DNA of 64,000 bases from assembly GCA_012295275.1 (NCBI GenBank), contig CM022668.1:16306001-16370000 (forward strand), read 5' to 3'. The notes under the pieces were generated by a model, which searched no databases, had not been told where the DNA came from, and saw nothing but the letters and a program-made list of their open reading frames with translations. Position 1 is the first letter of the stretch; every line of letters starts with the position of its first letter. The position numbers and the translations under genes were made by a program. Source of the DNA: Chrysomallon squamiferum. Taxonomy: Eukaryota > Animalia > Mollusca. Below are positions 55,346 to 64,000 of this stretch, piece by piece.

Positions 55346-55919
55346 AATAAAAAAAGATAGAAAATAATTTTTAACGCTAGAAGAGAGAGGGAGAGACACA
55401 GAAATAGATTTATGACTTACACTGAAAACACATAAAATAAATTTATATTAAAATAAAATGAAATGTTAAAAGTCAATCGATATTTAAAGACGTGTGCACG
55501 TGAAGATGGCCAGCTTTATTTAGAGGTTGACACCTGCACGTCTGACACACACATTACGTTAGTTCACAGCAATCACGTTTTTATGTTTTTGAGCGACTCC
55601 TGGGATCGACTGTAGATGTAAGAAAAACTTCATCTCGTTGTGCAGTCATTTAATGTTGGCCATTTGCAAAACATCCGCTGGGCTTTTTCTCTCTCGCATA
55701 AACTAATCACTGCTGAGTGCCAACTACTTCGACAGCGTCTTCAAAGACGGCTGTAAAATCAATCCCAATTACAAATCAAGGCAATTATTAATAAACTGAA
55801 AAACAAAATAACAATCCTACCGGTCCTCTTAGCACGACATCTGCAGCGCAGTTTTTTAATACGTACATTATTTTTAGCCTCCTTCTTTTTCCTCTACCTA
55901 TTTGTCCATCTATTATTCC

Positions 55920-55959
<40 letters not shown>

Positions 55960-56183
55960 CTGTCTGTTTCTCTGTCCATCTATCTATCTATCTATCTATC
56001 TAAATGTATATGTCAGGTGGGTGGCTATGTATATCGCGTATGTTAGTGCACACACACACACACACGTACACTCATACACATATACACACATACAAATACA
56101 CACATATACATACACATATACATACACATATACACACACATCAGAATGCATATACATGTATATATAGGTACTTCTTGCTGTCG

Positions 56184-56222
<39 letters not shown>

Positions 56223-56735
56223 TATAGATAGATAGATAGATAGATAGATATATAGATAGACAGATATATAGATATATAGATAGATAGACAGGTAGATAGA
56301 TAGATAGATAAAGAGACAGAAAAATAGATAGAGAGACACACTATTTTCTTGACACCTAAAAACTAATATATATTTTTTTACTGTGCTGGACTTTCGCTGT
56401 ATCCATTTATTCATTATGGGAAGAAACATTTGGTATCCGGTAACCTTTCATTAACAAGCACTTCTTTTACAACTCATACCACAACAATACTGGAATTTAC
56501 AAACAGCTGGAAGATAAAAAATGTTCTATTATTGTCTTCTAAAATCTTATTTTCCACTCCAAAGATTTATCATTAATTTCAGTCATACATTATTAATATG
56601 TCAACACTCGTGATTTTGTCAGCATGAAAAAGAGCAAATTATTTCTACGGACTTATTTGCATTTTGTTTGTTTATATATATTTTCACAAATATGCTATTA
56701 ACGAACAATTTTCTGTTTTTTTGGGTTTTTACACA

Positions 56736-56780
<45 letters not shown>

Positions 56781-57061
56781 CCAGTTAAGAAGTCCCTATG
56801 GTGTTACAATAAAAAAATATTAAATCTGATTATGAATCACTTTGCTAAGACAGATCGAATTTAAAACACGCAATTTAACACGAGATTTGAAAAACGTAGC
56901 TGCAGTATAATTATCTCCATCATCGTCACAGTCGTCTTTCATTTCACTACGTCCGTATTGTTTTCAGATATTAGTAATAGTAGTAGAAATATCAGTAATA
57001 TTATTATTACTGTTATCATTATTATTACTAGTACCACCACTACTAGTACTCCTTCTGTCAT

Positions 57062-57114
<53 letters not shown>

Positions 57115-58669
57115 TAATAATAATAATAGTAATAATAATAATTAGTATTATTATTATTATTGTTAGTATTACTATTATTATCATCATTCATCATGATCAT
57201 CATCATATTCAACATCATCATCATGATCATTATTATTATCATCATTGTTGTCATTACTAGTATTAATAGTATTAGTAGTATTATCTTCATCATCATAATC
57301 GTTATCGTTGTCGCTGTATACGTTTAACTGTTGCTATTGTTGTTGTGGTAGCTGTGATATGGCCAATGCCGTGGTCGATGCTGTTGTTTTATTTACAGAT
57401 ACCTGTAGAAGGCTGATTTTGAAAATATAACGTTAAGAGATTAAAAAGTTTTGTTTTTGCTTCAGTTACTTTGACTGGAAATGCAGTAAGAGAAATTTCA
57501 GGAAGTGAAGACTCAGGTATTTAAACTTTGACATTTCGTTGAAAGTTTTAATTTGAAATCTCGGGAAGGTTTCCAAGAGCTAGGGATTCTGTTTTATCAG
57601 CACAAGCTGTGTTTAACTTTTATAAGATCGCGGAGAACCTTGACCATATTCGGTACGTTGCTATTGTTTACAAATGAGTTGAAGAACAGCTAAGAAATTC
57701 ATTTCCAAATTTTGTGAATATCTTTTGTTTTTAATGTCCGTGTTTTATAAGATTTCAGTTAAAACATATTTCTAATTTCTGTGAATAAATATATTATTAT
57801 TGTTGTTGTTGTTGTTAGTATAAATATTGTTTTATATCTATCTATCTATCTATCTGTATATTATTTTATTTTATTTTGTTTTATTTTACTTTTTTTAAAT
57901 TTTATTTCTTTCCAGACAAATTAATAAAGTAAATCAAAATTCAATCATATTCTCCTTTTATTACCTTTTCTTTTTACAAAACCAGGCTTCCCAATGTCAG
58001 AAACAGGGAAATAAGTGTGTTTGACAGATGGAGAGAGAATATCTGATGATTGTGCGTGTGTATGTATGTATGTGTGTGTGTGTGTTGTCTCTCTATCTTT
58101 GTCTCTATCTCTCTCTCTCTCTGTTTCTCTCTCTCACTTTCTCTTTCTTTCTCTCTTTCTCTTTCTCTCACATTCTCTCTCTCTCTCGGACACATATTTT
58201 ACGTTGTTTTTATTGAAAGTAATAATCTTTATTCGTTTTCATTTCATTCGTAATTCTTTGAGTCAAGGGAAGTAACTCCATAAATTAAATATTAACTTGT
58301 TATTTATTTTCTATTTTTGCTAATTTTTACCACGTTCAGTGATCTTTATTTAATGTCATAAACAGTCTAGATGACCTGTCTTTGAATGTCTGGTGGTACC
58401 TCAACTCAGACTCTCAGTAATTTACTTAGCTTCATAGCACGAGACTCACCTTTATTTCCTTTCATTTTTATCTGTGTTAATCCTCTAAGCCGCAATATTT
58501 GTGATGACCATTTTCAATAAGCCGACAAATGTGGAAAGTCACAGTCATCCAGGGAGATAATCCAGACAGAAAGCGAGGACAGACATTCCGATTGCTTCAT
58601 TAGGAAAAGTAGATTTAGAAACACGCTAACAGGAGATAAACTGAAAGGAGTTTTTTAAACAGCTTCCGT

Positions 58670-58770
58670 CACGCTATGCCTGACAGTAAAGTCTTCATAT
58701 GACGCTATGGTTAACAGTAAAGTCATCATATTACGCTATGGCTAACAGTAAAGTCATTACGTCACGATAT
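58670..58770. repeat. ~31-bp tandem repeat, 3 copies (ACGCTATGG.TAACAGTAAAGTCATCATAT)
   Basis: Visible directly in the sequence. Confidence 0.7.
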
Positions 58771-59353
58771 ATTTTTGTGTTAATTTACTTAAGACGTTTT
58801 TAAACGAATGGTAAGAAATGTTACCAATCTGTATCAGGTGCTGACCTGGGTTTATTATCGTTTTTCCCAGGTTAATTTTTGTTTCTTTATTTTTGTAGTT
58901 GTTTCAAGGCTTCTTATTTTCAGTTTAAAATTGGAATATTTAGGAAATTTCATCATATTTCTTTTTTTTTTTTTTTTTTTTTGCTCTAGATAGAAACAAA
59001 ACAGCAGACATTAATGTAAAGAAGAGTTACATTTCTGGATGTTCTCAATAAAATAGCTTAATTAAACCGTAATCATAATCAGTAACATTTAACACTAGCG
59101 CCACGCCAAGTGTTTTATATGTAAAAGGAAAATGTAACAAACAGTAGAGTCGTTTTTACCAGTTACATGTGTATACATTCTTATATTCTGCCAACAGAGG
59201 CATATGAAATCTTCATACATTTCTTAATAATATTTTTTTTAGTCGTTTTTACGTTGTATAAATTACTTACAAACGTTGTATTAAACACAGGAAGCTTTTT
59301 AGTCAAATTAAAATAAAATAAAATAAAATAAAATAAAATAAAATAAAATAAAA

Positions 59354-59412
<59 letters not shown>

Positions 59413-59952
59413 ATTAATAAATAAATAAAAGTAAACAGCTGTATGCAGGCAGAAACACTAGAAGCATATTTTAGAATTGGGAATCATTTGCAATTGCGAC
59501 GATTTTGAGATACTAACAAAGTTTTGCTATAAAGACGTTTCAAATTTTGTACATAAATGTTTTAAATAGACGAACACGTAAATACTAACATTAACTTTGA
59601 TACAACTATAAAAATATACCCGTGTTACTCATATCAAACGAACTGTAACTACATACAATATTATTGTACTTGCATAGAATACCGCGATATACACCAAATT
59701 CACAGAAACTGTAAATACTGGAAACAATAATATAAATTTACACATCTAGCCGTCATGTTGTTTGGCACATGAAAGGAAACCAACAAGCATATCGTAATAA
59801 TTGAAAATCTCAGTCGTTACGGAAACTCAGTCTGTTGTGACTCATTTGTAAAGAATTACACGAAAAACAAGTTTCACACGGCAGTGAAAACTGCTGAAAA
59901 GTGTTTACTGCATCTTACAGCCTGACTCAGTTCTGCTTTCTTCCTGGGCTTT

Positions 59953-59957
<5 letters not shown>

Positions 59958-60002
<45 letters not shown>

Positions 60003-60129
60003 TGTGTGTGTCTGTGTGTGTCTGTGTGTGTGTGTGTGTTTATGTATGTTTTTATGTATGTGTATGTATGTCTGTGTGTTTTTGTGTGTATGTATATGTT
60101 TTTGTGTGGGTTTGTGTGAATGTGTGTTT

Positions 60130-60217
<88 letters not shown>

Positions 60218-60285
60218 GTATTGTGTGTGTGTGTTTGTGTGAGTGTGTGTGTGTGTTTGTGTGAGTGTGTGTGTGTGTTTGTGTG
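59958..60285. repeat. (TG)n microsatellite block
   Basis: Visible directly in the sequence. Confidence 0.92.
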
Positions 60286-60618
60286 ACCAATGGATTATCA
60301 CTGTGTATCTAACACAGGGCGAAAGTTTTGAATTTGGAGTTACTCGATCTTTTCTTTCTTCTTACTGTAGTTGTTTCTTTCTTTTTCACCTAACTGTGAT
60401 CGTTTAGAAATCTTTTTTTTTCTTCATATTGTTTACACTAGGTATAGTACGAGGGAGAATTACCATATAGTCAGGCTATGTCTGTTAGCAAAAAGAAATC
60501 ATCTATATAAACCTTACCACTGATGCACACACCATGATATTAGATACAGTAGAGATGAAGTATAAACGACGCACCGAGCAGGTTTGTTCCCGACAGTCAT
60601 CACGTCTCGAGTTAGCAT

Positions 60619-60625
60619 TATAAAA
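60619..60625 (+). promoter_or_regulatory. Candidate TATA box of the secreted-protein gene
   Basis: TATAAAA ~170 nt upstream of the ATG at 60791. Other TATAAA motifs lie nearby, so the assignment is tentative. Confidence 0.25.
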
Positions 60626-60790
60626 TATTAAGTTCACATCTCGTTTTCTTACTGGTGATGCAGTGAAGGAGATCGGTTCACCAGGCTACAGTAAAAATGA
60701 TTTATGCTGAACCCAGCATCTCACACACAAACACCAACAAAAAACAGCAAGTTACACACACACACCAACAACAGCAGCAAGTCGCTAAAC

Positions 60791-63340
<2,550 letters not shown>

Positions 63341-63348
<8 letters not shown>

Positions 63349-64000
63349 GTGAGTAGTATGACACTAGATTTTAGTTTGGTGAGTAGTGTGACACTAGATT
63401 ATAGTTTGGTGAGTAGTGTGACACTAGATTATAGTTTGGTGAATAGTATGACATTAGATTTTAGCTTGGTGAGTAGTGTGACACTAGATTACAGCTTGGT
63501 GAGTAGTGTGACACTAGATTACAGCTTGGTGAGCAGTATGACATTAGATTACAGCTTGGTGAGTAGTATGACACTAGATTATAGCTTGGTGAGTAGTATG
63601 GCACTAGATTATAGCTTGGTGAGTAGTATGACACTAGATTACAGCTTGGTTAGTAGTATGACACTATATTACAGCTTGGTGAGTAGTGTGACACTAGATT
63701 ACAGCTGGGTGAGTAGTGTGACACTAGATTACAGCTTGGTGAGTAGTGTGACACTAGATTACAGCTTGGTGAGTAGTGTGACACTAGATTACAGCTTGGT
63801 GAGTAGTGTGACACTAGATTACAGCTTGGTGAGTAGTGTGACACTAGATTTTAGTTTGGTAAGTAGTGTGACACTAGATTATAGTTTGGTGAGTAGTATG
63901 ACATTAGATTATAGCTTGGTGAGTAGTATGACACTAGATTATAGCTTGGTGAGTAGTGTGACACTAGATTATAGTTTGGTGAGTAGTATGACACTAGATT
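63341..64000. repeat. 30-bp minisatellite, 22 copies to the window edge (ACAGCTTGGTGAGTAGTGTGACACTAGATT)
   Basis: Exact 30-bp periodicity; the first unit overlaps the end of exon 3. Confidence 0.97.

Noticed and set aside
60704-60790. In-frame upstream ATG extending the secreted protein by 29 aa
   Set aside because: The context is weak and the sequence is CA-rich and leader-like. ATG 60791 has a strong context and directly starts a canonical signal peptide.

Overview
This is AT-rich, microsatellite-dense eukaryotic DNA, probably from an invertebrate; the Trkl-type kinase points to a mollusc or other lophotrochozoan. Most ORFs in the supplied track are simple-repeat artefacts. Two spliced genes can be rebuilt by hand, with GT-AG boundaries and consistent intron phases. 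(1) Minus strand, about 46111 to 5558: a 9-exon Trk-like receptor tyrosine kinase of about 557 aa. It has a very short ectodomain with one EGF-like module and no visible signal peptide, one transmembrane helix, a juxtamembrane NPTY motif, an intact Trk-type kinase (YxxDYY loop) and a tyrosine-poor tail. (2) Plus strand, from 60791 past the window end: three exons of a small secreted Cys-rich protein whose Cys spacing resembles vertebrate neuritin/CPG15. The 5' splice donors of its exons 2 and 3 have each been amplified into tandem minisatellites. The window also holds a decayed Tc1/mariner element, a putative PIF/Harbinger-like non-autonomous element, tRNA-SINE-like relics, and several minisatellites carrying CRE-like or E-box motifs. 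There is no CRISPR array, rRNA or intact tRNA.
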